Origin: Vicugna vicugna
Lineage: Eukaryota
Length of the DNA: 64,000 nt
Reading direction: 5' to 3'
NCBI GenBank assembly: GCA_013265495.1
Contig: MU057640.1
Location: 1,559,303-1,623,302 of the forward strand
The stretch's first letter is position 1. Each line of letters begins with the position of its first letter. The notes under the pieces are model-generated. The model was not told the DNA's origin, ran no database searches, and saw only the letters and a program-made list of their open reading frames with translations. The position numbers and the translations under genes are program-made. Below, piece after piece: positions 11,392 through 25,995 of this stretch.

Positions 11392-14300
11392 ACATGTGCA
11401 TTTAAATAGTGGACCACCCGTACCACCAGTCAGGGAGAGACTGCACAGTTTCTCTCCCGTTCACAACTGAGAAGAGATTCTGCTAGGCTAAAATTAGACT
11501 TTGTTTTAAAATGAAATTCCCAAGAAAGAAACAGTGATCGGTGTAGGTAAACAGGGTTCAGCTTCAGCTCTGGCTGATAACTTCTCTCACCTCAAGACAA
11601 CAAGAGATAGAGAAAAACTGCTTCTATTCCTTCAGACATGGGGTAGACACTCTATCAAATATTCCCCAAATATGGGGTAGATATCAAGAAAGCTTTTCTC
11701 CAAAGAGTAAAATAATTGTGCCCTGATCCTAATCCTAGACTCTCATCAAGGCATCAATGACAGACTACTCCACACATCAGTGGAGATCACACTTTATGGA
11801 GAACAGAGTTTCTCTAATTTATCTTCTCTCCCCCTGTTCAGCCATTAGAAGCCAAAAGTTCCTACTCAAATGTTTAGCTTGCTTAAGGGATTTTCTTCCT
11901 ACTCTTGGGATAAGTGAAAACTGTCAAGGAAGCAATTAGACTGGGTGTTGTCTTCCACTAGTTGAAATTATTTCATATGAACAAGTTTTCTCTCCCCAAA
12001 TAGAACTTAAGCCCATTTTTTATAGTTCATCCCATAAATACGTTATACTTAAATTTGGCGTCTGCTAGCTTTCACTCAGCCTTACAACTCCGGGTGCCAA
12101 CAGGTCCTGGCTAGGGTGGAGGTGCCCCCACGTTTAGGAGTTGGCTCTTCTGGGCACAGAACCAGTGTCGGTAGCTCCCCATTCCAGGCTTTAGCGACGA
12201 GGACCCCACCATCAGTTCTCTCACAACTCCCAAAGCGTCCGGTGTCATTCACGATTCCCTCACATGATACAAAAACTGCAACTCGACCGCGTGTCCGGAT
12301 AAAGTCTACAGAGTCCAACTCTGTTCTCTCAGTGCAAACAAAGGAGCGAGCAGCTCACACCTCATGGGCCTGGCTCAGCGGGGCCCAGTGTCAACACCTT
12401 CCTCCAGGAACCAAAGGGAAAGAGGTCACTCTTGTTTCTCACAGTCCTGCTCAGTACACGAACTATCTGCAAAAAATAAATCTTATCTCTTGATCTTCCA
12501 GAATGAGCAAAAGAAATGCTAACCTGGGAACTGCGGGTAGGAAATAGTCCCAGGCACTGAAAAGTCTGATGCATATTCATCCCCCATTTTAAGAATCGTG
12601 AATCAGGAGAGTCTGGGAATTTTTTAAACTTCTGTCTTCTGAAGTTGCTCTGATTTCAGAACATTCTCCTATAACCCCAAGGAAAAGTACTGAATGGCAT
12701 ACTTTCACTTTTTTTCAGAATGAACGCTAATTTGATTGAGAATTTTATACTGGTCCTACTGAAGTGAATGAAGTCATTCTTCACATCCACAAAGAGAGAG
12801 GAAGGAAGGGCTGTGGCTCCACAGTATTTGTAAAGGCTCTAGGGAACTGAGAGGTGGTCATGAGAATTACTTTCCAGGACATGAACTGCCTGGCTCTGAC
12901 CCTAATGCACCTGCCAAGTATACACAGAAACCAGATGCCCGATTCAGAGCATCTGAAGTCCCCAAAAATGGAACATTCTAATGCCACTGTCATCTGACCT
13001 TCAAAAATGTCTCGTTCTGTTGTTTTTTAATGACTATAGTAGAATTGCCTGGACAGAAACTAACAGTCAAAGAAAAACAATTCCAAGACTGTCTGGATTT
13101 CACTTGGTACTTATCTCCCATGGGTCTAAGACATTAAAACTGTAACTCTAGGCTCTTCTCCCCACTCCCCCCAGGCAGGTGCCAAGGGATGGATGACTCC
13201 ACAGAGCCCACGGAGGACAGGGTCCCTGTGTAAGCTCTTTCCAGCATCGGGAGGATGACAGTGGGTCTCTGATGGGAGAGTGGGCACCACCATATGGAAA
13301 CTGTCCCTACGAAAACTGTCCCTTTCTAAGAAAAGGGTTGATGCAACTAAAGCTACAGATACATGTTTATGCCATTTAAGATTCTGAGTTCAATTTGGTC
13401 TTAAAAGTCTAAGTTCTACTTAGTAGAAATTATCCTGCTTAACTTGCTTAGCATGACAAGATTATAACCATCAAGAAAAATTGTTTGGTGATGACAGAGA
13501 GTGTCCAGGAATTCTGCAAGCATATTTGTTGGTTTTCCAAAGGTTCTTTTGCATAAATCATCTTAAGTACATTAAATATCTGCAACGTCCTCCCCTTCAG
13601 TCTGCTAAGCAGCTTCTGTCTGAAAACCACTTTCATTTTCACCCATTCAAAAGTCCATCAGAAGGATTACATGGAACTACAACAAGCAGAAAAAGGTAAA
13701 ATTCTTCATCAATGATTAAATTTAACCAGATTTCAAAACTGATACATTGATTAGCCTAAAAGCTTATTTCCTTATTAAAAAACACTAAAAAACAACAGAC
13801 AGGACCCAGAATACTACTAAGGTCTTATGCAGAATGAATGCATTGGTTAACCCCTTCACACGAGATCCTGGGCTGCAGAATTATACAATGGAATCATGAC
13901 AGGCTAAGTATTTTCAGAGAATGACACTGAGAAATTTCTTTTACTATAAAAAAAAATCAAATGTCAGGACTTTTTGAACTCAAGAGCTATAAGTACAAAA
14001 TTTACCTCCCCATTTACTACCATAAACCGGCTCCCAGATGAATGATGTCCAGAAGCTTCCAAAGAATATTGTGATAATCACCTGAGTGTGTAACATGCCA
14101 CATTACGATGCTACACGATCTTGAAGAAAATATAAGGAGTCAGAAACAAGCTCTCTTAAGAAGGCCGAATCCTCAAATAAACACATTTCCCTCATATTCT
14201 GTTATCATCACTCTATCAGGAAAACAAATTATATTTGATATTTATACACATTTACTTCAGCTTCCTCATTATTAAATGTTAACAAAATAATGTTTTTTCA

Positions 14301-14764
14301 TAATTAATTACTAGAATTACAAAAATAAATTCCAAGTGGCCGGGGGCAAAAAAAAAAATATCTCATTACTGTTCCATGCTTTGGCAAATCTTCTCGCACT
14401 TCCATCTACAGTCTGGGCTTTGAGTCAAGTAAACGAAATGTTGGCTAGAAAGGAGACATCTTATTTTAGGGTAGTGACCCTTTCTAAAGAGAATGGGAGA
14501 GAATGCCAAGATTAAATGTTCTATATTTTTTTAAATTGGCCTAAAAGATTTTATATTTTTAGTTCCTCCTATTCTTTTTGGTTATTTTATCTAAAAAGAA
14601 TTTTAAAGTGTTGTTCACATTTTGAAGCAACAAAGCAAAAGAGCATTTAAAAATCTTTATCACTAGCAAAACCTGGAGAACCAAGAAATAGGAGCCTTAA
14701 TTAAAAACTTAACCAGTCTTTCTATCAACTACAATAGTTACTCCATTGGAACAATTGCCCCAGA

Positions 14765-14880
14765 TTCATCCAACATTCATTCAACAGGCACTTACTGAGG
14801 ATTTACTGCATCCCACACACTGTACATACTCTGCCAGAGAGACAATGATGAACAAAACAAAGTACCTGACCGTCGGAATC
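14765..14880 (-). mobile_element. L2 3' end relic
   Basis: 'ttcatccaacattcattcaacaggcacttactgagg...atgatgaacaaaacaaag'. Confidence 0.65.
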
Positions 14881-15021
14881 TCACAGACTGCATCCTTCTG
14901 GGCCACCACCTCTAAGCTCAAAGAAAGAAGCATGCTTCACACTCAGTCCTGGCTAGTTCTGAACAAATTTTCTCCTCATACTGACACTGATCAATGAGAA
15001 CATTTTTATTAAGAAGTATAA

Positions 15022-15651
15022 GGGAACTCTATTTTGAAAAGATACATGCACCTCAATGTTCACAGCAGCACTGTATACAATAGTCAAGACATGGAAACAA
15101 TCTAAATATCCATCGACAGATGACTAGATAAAGTAGTGGTGGCATATATATACGCATACACACACATGCTGGAATATTACTCAGCCATAAAAAAGAATAA
15201 AATAATGCCATTTGCAGCAACATGGATGGACCTGGAAATCATCCTTCTAAGTGAAGTAAGACAGAAAGAAAGAAAAATACCGCAGGGTATCAATTATATG
15301 TTGAGTCTTAAAAACACACACACACAAATGAATATATTTACAAAACAGGAACAGGCTGATAGACATAGAAAACAAACTTATGGTTACTGAAGTGGGGAAG
15401 AGGGTGGGGAGGGATAAATTGGGAATTTGAGATTTGCAAATACTAACTACTATATATAAAACAGATAAACAACAAGTTTATACTGTACAGCACAGGGAAC
15501 TACACTGAATATCTTACACTAACCTATAATGAAAAATATGAAAATGAAAACAAGTATATGTATGACTGAAACATCATGTTGTACACTAAAAATTGACAAA
15601 ACACTGTAAACTAACTATACTTCAATTTTTTAAAAAAGGATAAAAGAAAAA
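15022..15651 (+). mobile_element. 5'-truncated L1 (ORF2 C-terminus + 3' UTR)
   Basis: ORF 15136..15390 has the L1 ORF2 C-terminal motif EYYSAIKKNKIMPFAATWMDLEIILLSEV. A-rich tail; TSD aagaagtataa (15011-15021) / aggaagtataa (15652-15662). Confidence 0.92.
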
Positions 15652-18600
15652 AGGAAGTATAAAAATGTAACCCTCTCCAAACAGCAGTATAATGGCTACA
15701 TCTTTATAAAGAATCTGGCTGGCGAAAGGTTTAACCAGAACCCTTTGGGAACTTCTGGGCAAGAATACAAGCACAGTGGCCACCAGAGGTCTGGCTGGAG
15801 TGACTCTTTTCTGGGACTAGGGAAGCCAGCTCAGAGAAAGCCACACAAGGTTCCCATCTAAATGCTCTGGCCAGCCTCATGTACATGGGAAAGACTTTGG
15901 ATCTGAAACAGATTCATAAATAATCTTCATCTGCAGCAGACTTAGTGGCTATGTACCAATGAAATACCATTATTTCAAACAGATTTATGACAATGCCGTG
16001 TTTCCAGTCATCTCACAGCCATGAACTCACCAAGCGGACAAGATTCTGAAAATTTATACAATCAGAATGAAAGTCCATAAAACAACAACTAAGTTTCACA
16101 ATCTTTCCGAGACAGCAAATCTTTTCCTGCTGAATCTTAACTTTCCTTAGCTCTATCTTTTAAAGAATTTAGAAACAACTTCAATTTCATGCAGAGATAC
16201 AACTAAAGATAAAATTCAAATTCAGAACAAAAAGAAATTATATCCTTCACCTCGGGGCAACCACCTTCACCTGTTCCAAAACCATCAATGGTTTCATAAC
16301 ACCTATGTAGAAAGGGTCCAAATTCTTTAACTAGGAAATCCAAGTCCTAGACAAGTCGGTTCCAAGCTGATTTTTCAACTCATTTCCCTCTCTACCCCTT
16401 CACACAGCCATCACTCCAAGCAAACCGAGCTATTCTCTTATCTAACCACACACTTCACTTTACTTTTTTCCAGGACTTTTGTCCTATATTCCTTCTGCAT
16501 TAAGTGACCATGGACACCTCTCTATAAAGCCAAATTGCATCCACCCTACTATGCTTAACTAAAGGGCAGCCTCTTCTTCAAGCTTCGTTAGCGTCCCTCT
16601 GCTGAGTTTCCCCAGGGTGGGCGCTTTGTGTGGAAAGAAACGTGCTTTGGAAACAAACAGCACTGAAATTTCAACTCTGCCATGTACAAGTTAGGCCTTT
16701 AGCAAGGGACTTGCCTCACTAAGCTCAATCAGGACAACACAGGGCCATAACTACTCTGTGCAAGGGTTACGGGGCTCTGAGCAACATTTGCCACCACAGG
16801 TTCAAAGCTCAGTGCTAACAACTGTGCATGATCTGACCTTGGAAAAGGAACTGAAACCCCATGAGCCTCAGTGTTCTCACCAGTCAGGGGGGAGGGGCTG
16901 CAACGATTTCACAGCAGAATAACAAATACACGGGAGTCACTGCAGAACTCTGGCTCCCATGCCCTGGGCCCCTCTGCCCTCGCACTCCATCCTCAGGATC
17001 AGTGGTCCTGCCTCTCCCTCTCTGGGGTCCCATCGCCCCCTGTGCTCTCCTTCCTCACAGTACTGCCTGTCTTCTCCATCTGATACTCCCTCTCCAATGG
17101 CAGGTTTACAGCCTGAACATGGACTGCAGGCACCACGATGAATAAATACACTCGGAAAAAATGCTCATTTTCAGTATGAATCGAAGCACACAAATGAAAA
17201 TCAGGGCACTAAGAAACAGAGGAAAGCACCTGTTGAAATGCTGCTTCTTCTGTAAGATCCAGCTCAAATAATAATAGCCACGACTTATCTGAATCCAGGA
17301 GGTGGGACACAGCCCCGAGCACACGTCCACTGCTACCTGTTCTATGAGGGTTTCCGTAGCTTCCCCATGGAAGGTGCTTAACTTTGGAAGCATAACCACA
17401 CTTCATCAATTCATCTCTAACACAACTTACTACCACACCCTTCCCTATGCTTTACTTTCTCCCATCATCTTATCTCCCCAATCAGAAGCCTGAGGGCAAG
17501 GTCTGTATGTGACTGGCCCTCCTTTCCAGTCTGTCTTCCCTACCACAGAACAGAAACCGAATGAATTCAAAGAGAGTGTTAAAGCCTCTAGAAATAAATC
17601 ATCCAAATCACGAGGTAATTCAACAGCACATGGTTGCTCTGCCAAGTGATTCATCAGCTCTAAGATCCCAAAGTCAAGGTTTGAAAAGATCAAGACATCT
17701 TTCTTACATTTCGGGAAAGAATGCAACAAAACTCTCTTAAAATCAAAAGAAAAAAAAATTTCCCTCCAATAAGGTTTTCATTAGTAGTAAGAATCAGAAA
17801 CTACAGAAAACAGTGAACTGAAACCAAAAATGTCAGGGGAGAAAACTCTGTCTCCTTTCGAACTCTATAATGTCCATGATACTTTAATATTCTTCTCTCC
17901 TCAAGCCAAATACTTTTCTCAGCAAAATAAATCAATGCTCTACATTCCATATTCATGAGTAGTTATAAAAATAAACTAGCAAACACTCTGGTAGAGCTTT
18001 TTAAAATCATTGATTAATCAGATTAATGAAAGTTGACTTACAAAATGTATTTTGAACTCGCTATTTTCCAATGTGGCTATCACCTCATTAAAACATCTGT
18101 TTTCTATCTGCAACATTTCAGAATCAGCAAACCTATAACAAAAACAGAATGCTCCCACCCCACCCTTTGCAGCGAGGGGTGGTCGCAGTGAAAAGGTTGT
18201 GATTTCTGAATTAAATATTGACTTTCCCCTCTCCTTGTCCGGAGTGCATTCCTTGACAGTGTAAAAAGAAACAGAAGCTTCAATTTAATTCTGAGTTCAC
18301 CGAAGCCTGAGGAGCCAACTGCTAAAGCAGAAACTGATGGGAAACCAGTGATCCTTTGCGTAGCCCTCTCCTCTGTGAAGTCTGCCCGGCAGAGCCCCAC
18401 TCAGCCTCTCCTAAGGACACCAGAGGTGAGCTGCTGGAAATGTTCTCCCCCAGCTAAAATCAAATTAGTTGATCAAATCAAGGAACAGTAAGCAGGAAAG
18501 CCAGAGGAGGAAAACAAAACCCTGCTCTCCTAGGATTTCTGGATCAGTTCCAAGAACTTTCCTTCTCCCACTGCCAGCAGCACCCATCAATTCCCATAGT

Positions 18601-19878
18601 AACCAGCCCACAGCTTTCCAACCAGTCCCAAAGGGAGGCACGTAGGCTGCAGACAGAAGCACACGAGCATGACCCAGACCTCAGGCATCAATCCAACCAC
18701 TGCTGAGTGGCTTGAACATTCCAATTCTACCTCCCGGCTTCCCTGAGTTCCCAGGTTGCCAGATGGTTCTCTCCTTTCTCCCTTCAACTTGATGCTGAAA
18801 CAATGAAGGGGCCTTTCTTTCCTAGGACTCTGCACAAAACAATTTTCTGTTTTCTGATATAATCATGATTCAAGCCCATTTGGTACTAAAGCAATTGTGT
18901 CCCCCACCACACTGTGCATAAATGTGTGCTGAATGAAGGCATCCCCTAGCATAGAAATACAGATTTCAAAGATACAGGGGTACAGATCTGAGATCCAGGA
19001 TAGGGGTGAAGAGGCTGTATTCCCAAAAGGAATGAAGAACAGATAAAAGGGTGCTGAAGTGGGTGGAGATCACCTTGTCTTTGTGAAGAAGAGGACTCCT
19101 TATGCTGACTGAGCAGGAGTGGGAACAGAAGGAGGACCACAAGGGCTGAGAGCATTTCTGACCTCAACACACTCATCAAGGGCCCTACAATCAGCAACTG
19201 CGCCTCAGGACACTGATTGCCAGCACAGAAAGCGGCAGTTATCAGCAATGGGAGAAGATGTGGGCGATGATTTAAGAAGTTTGAGAGGGAAAAAAAAATT
19301 AGCTAATTCTAACATGTTCATCTGAAGAGTTACTATGCTGGAGAGATTTTTTAAATTAAAAAGGTGGAGAATCAAATTAAAAGTGCTCAGCGTGGGCTAT
19401 GAACCAGTCCTCCAAGATTTCACATCTTCAACAGAATTTAATGGCTAAAAGGGAAAGACACACTGAGGGTGACAGGAGGTGCTGCAAAAAGCAGTCTATG
19501 CCCCACTGATAAAGACGCACATGTTTCCCTCCAGGCAGATGCTAAGCAGTGCAGCTGGAGGATTACAGCGTATGCACGCATACGTTTTAAATCTTAAGAC
19601 GATAATTCCGAAATACTTTTCAGCAAGGATCCCACAGCAATATGGATGAGTTCTTTAAATACTGACCTACTGTTTGCGTGGCACTGTGCTAGTTACAGAA
19701 TGTAAAGTAATAAAATAAAGACCCTAAAACATGACTCAACATCACCAAAACTGTAAGGGAAATGGAAGGAAATAGATGAAAACAGTAGTCTGTCCTCATA
19801 GGAAGATAAGATTACGGGTAACTGCCCTTTATATTATCAGTAATGAATCTTTTTAAAATAAACTTTAAAAAAAGCAGA

Positions 19879-21060
19879 ATGGGACTACATCAAACTTAAA
19901 AGCTTCTGCACAGCAAAGGAAACTATCAACTTGACAAAAAGGCAGCCTACTGAATGGGAGAGGACATTTGCAAAGAATATATCAATAAGGGGTTAAGATC
20001 CAACATATACAAAGAGCTCATACATCTCAACACCAAAAAGACAAACAACCCGATTTAAAAATAGGTACAGGACCTGAACAGACACTTTTCCAAGGAAGAC
20101 ATACAGATGGCCAGCAGGCACATGAAAAGATGTGCAACATCACCAATCATCAGGGAAATGAAAATCAAAACCACAATAACATGCCACTTCACACCTGTCA
20201 GAATGGCTATCAACAAAAAGACAACAAATAACAAGCGTCAGCAAGAATATGGAGAAAAGGGAAAACTCGGGCACTACTGATGGGACTGTAAACTGGTACA
20301 GCCACCATGGAAAACAGTATAGCGGTTCCTAAAAATAGAACCACCATATGATCCAGCAATCCCACTTCTAGGTATTTACCTAAAGAAAACAAAAACACTA
20401 AGTCAAAAAGATAAATACACTCCTATGATCACTGCAGCATTATCTACAATTACCAAGATATGGAAGCAACCAAAATGCCCATCAATAGATGAATGGATAA
20501 AGAAGATGTGGTATGTATACAAAATGGAATATTAATCAGCCATAATACAAAATATTGCCATTTGCAACAATAAGGATGGACCTCAAGGACTTTATGTTAA
20601 GTGAAATAAGTCAGAGAAAGACAAATAATATATGATCTCACTTATATGTGGAATCTAAAACAAAAACAAAACAAAAATGACAACAAACAAAAACACCAAG
20701 GTCATAGATACTGAGAGCAGATTGGTGGTGTTGCCAGAGGTAGGGGATGAGGGGTGAGTGACATGATCAAAGGGACTCAAAAGTGCAAACTTCCAGTTAT
20801 TAAATAAATAAGCCATGGGGATGAAATGTACAGCATGACAACTATTGTTAATAATACTGTATTGTATATTTGAAAGTTAAGAGTGCAGATCTTAAAATTT
20901 CTAATCACAAGAAAAAAAATTTTAACTATGTATGGCAATAGATATTAATGAGATATATTGTGCTGATCATTTTTGCAATGTATGTAAATATCAAATCATT
21001 GTGTACACCTGAAACTAATATAATATTACGTGTCAATTTTACCTCAACCCAAGAAAGTGC
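19879..21060 (+). mobile_element. L1 (L1MA-like) ORF2 3' part + 3' UTR
   Basis: 'atgggactacatcaaacttaaaagcttctgcacagcaaaggaaac...ccatatgatccagcaatcccacttctaggtattta...gtacacctgaaactaatataatatt'; frames are disrupted. Confidence 0.92.
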
Positions 21061-21099
21061 AAAAGACGAGAAATATTTGAGCTATACCAAATTCCTAAA

Positions 21100-23100
21100 A
21101 AAAATCATTGCTTTTAAAAAATCTAAATTAATGTGTAAATTTATCATCACTGAAAATTCAGAATCTGAGTCTAAAGTTCACATGAGAAAATAAATGAGCA
21201 AGAATAATGAGAGTAATTATGAAAAAGAAGAGTAATAAAGGAAACTAGATTTAATATTTGCCAGACAGTAAGATGTGTTATAAATATGTAACAATTTACA
21301 AGTGTGAAACTGGTTCATGAATAGACCATCAAATCAGAGGATAAAGTAAAAGTTTTAAAAATACTTCAGAACTGATATAGGACAAAATGTGACATTTAAA
21401 ATCGGTGCAGAAAAGGTAAACTGTTCAATAAATGGTCCAGCCATATGGAAAAGAGAATGGGATACCGACTCACAATAACAACAAGTAAATCCCAAACTGA
21501 CCAAAAACTTTAAATATTCAAAAAAAATTACAAAAGTAATAAAAGAAAGCAGAAGAGATGATTCATTCTCTTTGAAACTTTCTAAGTAGGATATAAAAGC
21601 CAAGTCCTATAAAGTACAGCTGAACAAATTTGATTATCCAAAAGTAATACATTTATACATGGCAAAATTTTCCATAAATGACAAAATATAAACCCAGTGG
21701 AAAAAAAACCAGCAGCTCCTATCACAAACTGCTACCTTCTTTTTTTCAGATAAATGAGCAAAGGATCACAAGAGTCAATTCACAGAAAGAAAAAGCACTC
21801 AAACATCCGACAGTAGGTGCGACCTCATTTGTAAGGAGAGAAGTGCACAGGAAAACCACAACAAGATCTCCCTTTTTGGCTATGAAATTGACAAGGATCA
21901 AAAGGGTTAATCGCACACCCCTAGCAAGACAGAGGAGGAAGGCGTACATTGCTGATGGGCGTGTAAATTTGTACACTGTCTATGGAGGGCAGTTTAGCAA
22001 TAGTTGTCAAAGATATGAAGATATATATTCTTGGGTTTGGGGTTTTTTTAGAGGGGGAAACAATTTATTACACAAAAAAAGCATAAATATATAACAGATG
22101 GTAATGCTTTTTTTTTTTTCCTACTCTTGGCAGGGTCCCTTCTTAGCTGAATGATTTTTGCTTCTTTTTTTTTCTATTTAAGTATATTTGACATAGAATA
22201 TTATACTAATTTCATGTGGACAACATAGTGATTCGACATTTGTGTACAGTTGAGGTGAACCCCACAGTAGGTTTTGTTACCATCTGTCACCATGCAAAGT
22301 TAATCCCTGTGCTACTCATTATATCCTCATGACTTATTTATTTTATATATAGAAGTCTGTACCTCTTTATCCCTTTCACCCAATTTGCCCACCCCAACCC
22401 TCCTCCCCTCTGGCAATTACCAATCTGTTCTCTATGAGTCTGGACTTTGGTTTTTGTTTGTTCATTTGATTTCCTTTTTTAGATTCCATATATAAGTAAA
22501 ATCCTGAGGCATCTGTCTTTCTCTGCCTGAATTATTGTACTTAGTATAGTGTACACAAGGTCTACCCACGTTATGGCAAACAGCAAGATTTCATCTTTTT
22601 TATGGCTGAGTAATAGTCCATTCTGTATCTGTCTATATCCTATCTTCTTTATCCATTCGTCTACTGATAGACATTTAGAGGTTGTCTCCATATCTTGGCT
22701 ACAGTAAATAATGCTTCAATGAACACAGGAGTGCATCTGTATCTTTTCAAATTAGTGTTTTTGTTTTCTTCAGATAGATACTTGTAAGTGGAACTGTTGA
22801 ATCACACAGCAGTTCTATTTTCAATTTTTCAAGGAACCTCCATACTGTTTTCCACAGTGGCTGCACCAGTTTAAGGATATATTCTTTAACCTAGACACTC
22901 CTCTATATAAATCTGCACACTTAAAAGTTCAAGGACAGCCACAGTGGCATTGTTAACAATACCAAAAGATTAGAAACAACTTAAGGTCTTATTATTAAGA
23001 GACTGGATAATAAACTACAACCATACTCTGGAATGTATGCACAGAATGAAAGCATAGTACGGTATGCTACAATTTCTGTAAAAATAAATTTTAAAAAGCA
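21100..23100 (+). mobile_element. Old degraded L1 (L1ME-like), interrupted by a younger L1 at 22033-22875
   Basis: L1 ORF2-like tracts on both sides. The sequence reads continuously ('tttagcaatagttgtcaaagatatgaagatatatattctt...aacctagacactcctct') once the insert is removed. Confidence 0.7.
22033..22875 (-). mobile_element. 5'-truncated L1 with extra 3' non-L1 segment (candidate 3' transduction)
   Basis: L1 ORF2 end/3' UTR at 22165-22875 (ORF 22479..22691 EWIKKI...EILLFAITWVDL). TSD gatatatattctt (22020-22032) / gatatattctt (22876-22886). Confidence 0.88.
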
Positions 23101-24023
23101 TACATATTAAATTCACTATGACATTTCTGGATTGGATCCTGGAAGAGAAAAAGGGTAGAAAAATTGGTAAAATCCAATTCAACCTACACAGTTTAGTTTC
23201 ACTGCATCACCTTTCGGATTTTACTCTATGGGCATGTATTAGTCACTTAACACATAAAATTTAATTTTAAAAAAGCCTAATTACTTTGTGACTAAACTTC
23301 CACCATTTACAATATTCATATTCTTCTATGCACTGCTAATGAGAAACATCGACGGCACATGTATTGCTTCAACACTTCTAATGCTCCCATCACTGCACCT
23401 GAACACACACCTGCCTCATCTGCTAGGTTTTAGGTCCTTAAAAGTAGAGGCCATGCCAATTCATTTCTGTTCTCAAAGGATCTGGAAAATATTTGCCACA
23501 AAGTAAGAGAGCTCAACAAATGAGAGCTGAAATTATGATGTTCTGGTCCAGTGATCCAATTTTTGATTAGTAAGAAATGTTGTACTTCAATACCCAAACA
23601 ATTCTTCTAAAATTTCCTCTGATCTTTAGTTCACAATGACACAGAACAGAGAAGCAAGGGGCAGAGACGGGTGAAGTGCTTCTCACTGAGGATTTGGATA
23701 AACTACCCTCCAACCTCACTTTCTAAACATTTCACTCAGTGCTAGGAGCTGCAGGGAATGTAAAGATAAGAGAAATGAAGTCCTTATGGTGAAAGCTAGG
23801 CTTTAATTAAAGTCAACACTTGAAAAGGTGAAACTATGAAACTGCCTTGGATTTTCAAACATTTTTCCCACAAAGGTTATTAAAACGCTTTTCAAAGAAA
23901 AATTACTTACTTAGCAATAGAAGAAAATGCAAAAACTCTTAATTTAGACAATGTTTGGCTTTCCTATGATGTCTATTCAGGAAAAAATCTGTGGGCAGCA
24001 TTCCTAAGAATGTCCAAAAGAAA

Positions 24024-24252
24024 GGTGGAGGAGGGATAAACTAGGAGTTTGGGATTAGCAGATACAAACCACCATATACAAAGCAGATAAACAACAAGGT
24101 CCTACTGTATAGCACAAATGAACTATATTCAATAGCTTGTAATAATCTATGACGAAAAAGAAAATATATATATCTATCTATAACTGAATCACTATGCTGT
24201 ACACCAGAAACTAACACAACATTGTAAATCAACTGTACTTCAATAAAGAAAA
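24024..24252 (+). mobile_element. 5'-truncated L1 3' end
   Basis: 'gagggataaactaggagtttgggattagcagatacaaac...caactgtacttcaataaag'. TSD aagaatgtccaaaagaaa (24006-24023) / aggaatgtccaaaggaaa (24253-24270). Confidence 0.9.
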
Positions 24253-25854
24253 AGGAATGTCCAAAGGAAAAATTCTAGCCTCAAACCCCATCAAAACTTA
24301 ATTTTTATGAATATTCAAAATACAAAAGATAAATGACTTAGGAAATACTCTGAGGTCCCTGGGTACAGAAATACTACTGAGTTTATCCCAAAAGCATTGA
24401 TAGAGCCATGCCGTCTCCAAAAACTCAAGAGCTCTCAGACAACCGTGGGCAAACACGGGACTTCTGTGAATACAGATCCTTCACCATAAAATGAAGAGAT
24501 GACAGCTGAGGCTCCTTTCAGGTCTAAAATCCTATCAGACCTCTCTTCCTTCACACCCCAAATAAAACTAAGACCCTGCAGTCTCTTCACACAAACACAC
24601 TTCAACACACGCATTTGTCCGTGTGTATCATGGGAAGAAGTGACCCACGTTACTTCCTCCCTATTCCCAGAGTGGCTTAACACAAAGACAAACTGGTATT
24701 TGATTACAAATTGGCGTCATATATGAGCAGCTCTCAGATGAGTAAGAAAAGGATTTATCCAACTGCATGTTGAAATGAAATTAAAATGTGTAAGCTGTGC
24801 AGTAGAACATTCACTAAAGTATGTATTCATTCACGCTTAGGATTATAAAAGCTTCTAACTTGGTTTCCTATGATCCTTTATGTACTGGTTAGCCCACATA
24901 TAAGTTCCTCTGCAAGCTATCTTCACGAGCGCACACTGGCTACTTGATATTTTTATTTTGTTCACCACTTTTCATAGCACAGAAAAAAGATGAGAACACT
25001 GGTGGAAAGTCAGAGGCAAACCCATCCATAGGCCAAGACACACAAAAGATCGGTGGAGAGTTTTGTTCTCATTTATTTAACATAATCCTTCACTCTAACC
25101 TATTCGGTTGAAAGGTGATTGTGTGAAAAAAGCAGAGCGGCGGTCTCTGAGTTGCAGCTAAGATGCTAAAAGCATGGTACAGTGCATGCTGAGAGCTTAT
25201 CCCCGGCAGGTGACATTTTCCTTTCCAAAACACAGAAACAACACTGTGTTGCTAATCAATATGGTTTTCTTCTAAAGAAGTTATTTTCCCCTAAATAACA
25301 TAGCATTTTATGGTATACGTTCCTTTCTAAATAATACGGACAGAGAGAAGAGTTTCCCCAGACACATAAAAGTAAGTTCAAATTTCCAGAGTGAAAGATA
25401 CACTTGAGTGGATGAGGATATGAAATAATATCCATCTGTTGGATTAGTGAGAAAAGCCTCCCTGAGGAAGGGAATCTGAACCTGTTTCAAAGGAGGGAAA
25501 GGTGACTGACAGGTGGAGAGAAGGGAAATACCAGGCAAGGGAAAAGAGGTGTGGAGACGCTGCCACTGTGGTTTCTCAAGAAGCAGAGTCACAACGTGAT
25601 GTAAGTGCAGCAAGATTTTTTAGTTGTGAGGACAAACCAAAGGAGATTATATGTCACTTATCACTCCTAGCCTCGTTACAGAAGAAGGCTGGACTACATG
25701 ACTTGGAGAGCTCACTTCCAAATGAGGCACCATACTGGCTCCCAGCACCCAGCCAACAATGCAAGGCATGTACCTTGGGAGTCCCATTTGACAGACGGAA
25801 AGAGCAAGGCTCAGAATCTCGAAGAGGCCACCAGTGAGAGGGTCTTAGTAATTA

Positions 25855-25995
25855 AAAAGAATGAAAAATATGAAAAGGAATATATATATGTATGCATGTA
25901 TAAAGGAGTCACTATGCTGTACACCAGAAATTAACACAACATTGTAAACTGATTATACACAACTGAAAAAAAAAAAGATTCAGGAAAAAAAAAAG
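25855..25995 (+). mobile_element. Short L1 3' end
   Basis: 'gaaaaggaatatatatatg...tcactatgctgtacaccagaaattaacacaacattgtaaactga' followed by A tails. Confidence 0.85.
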
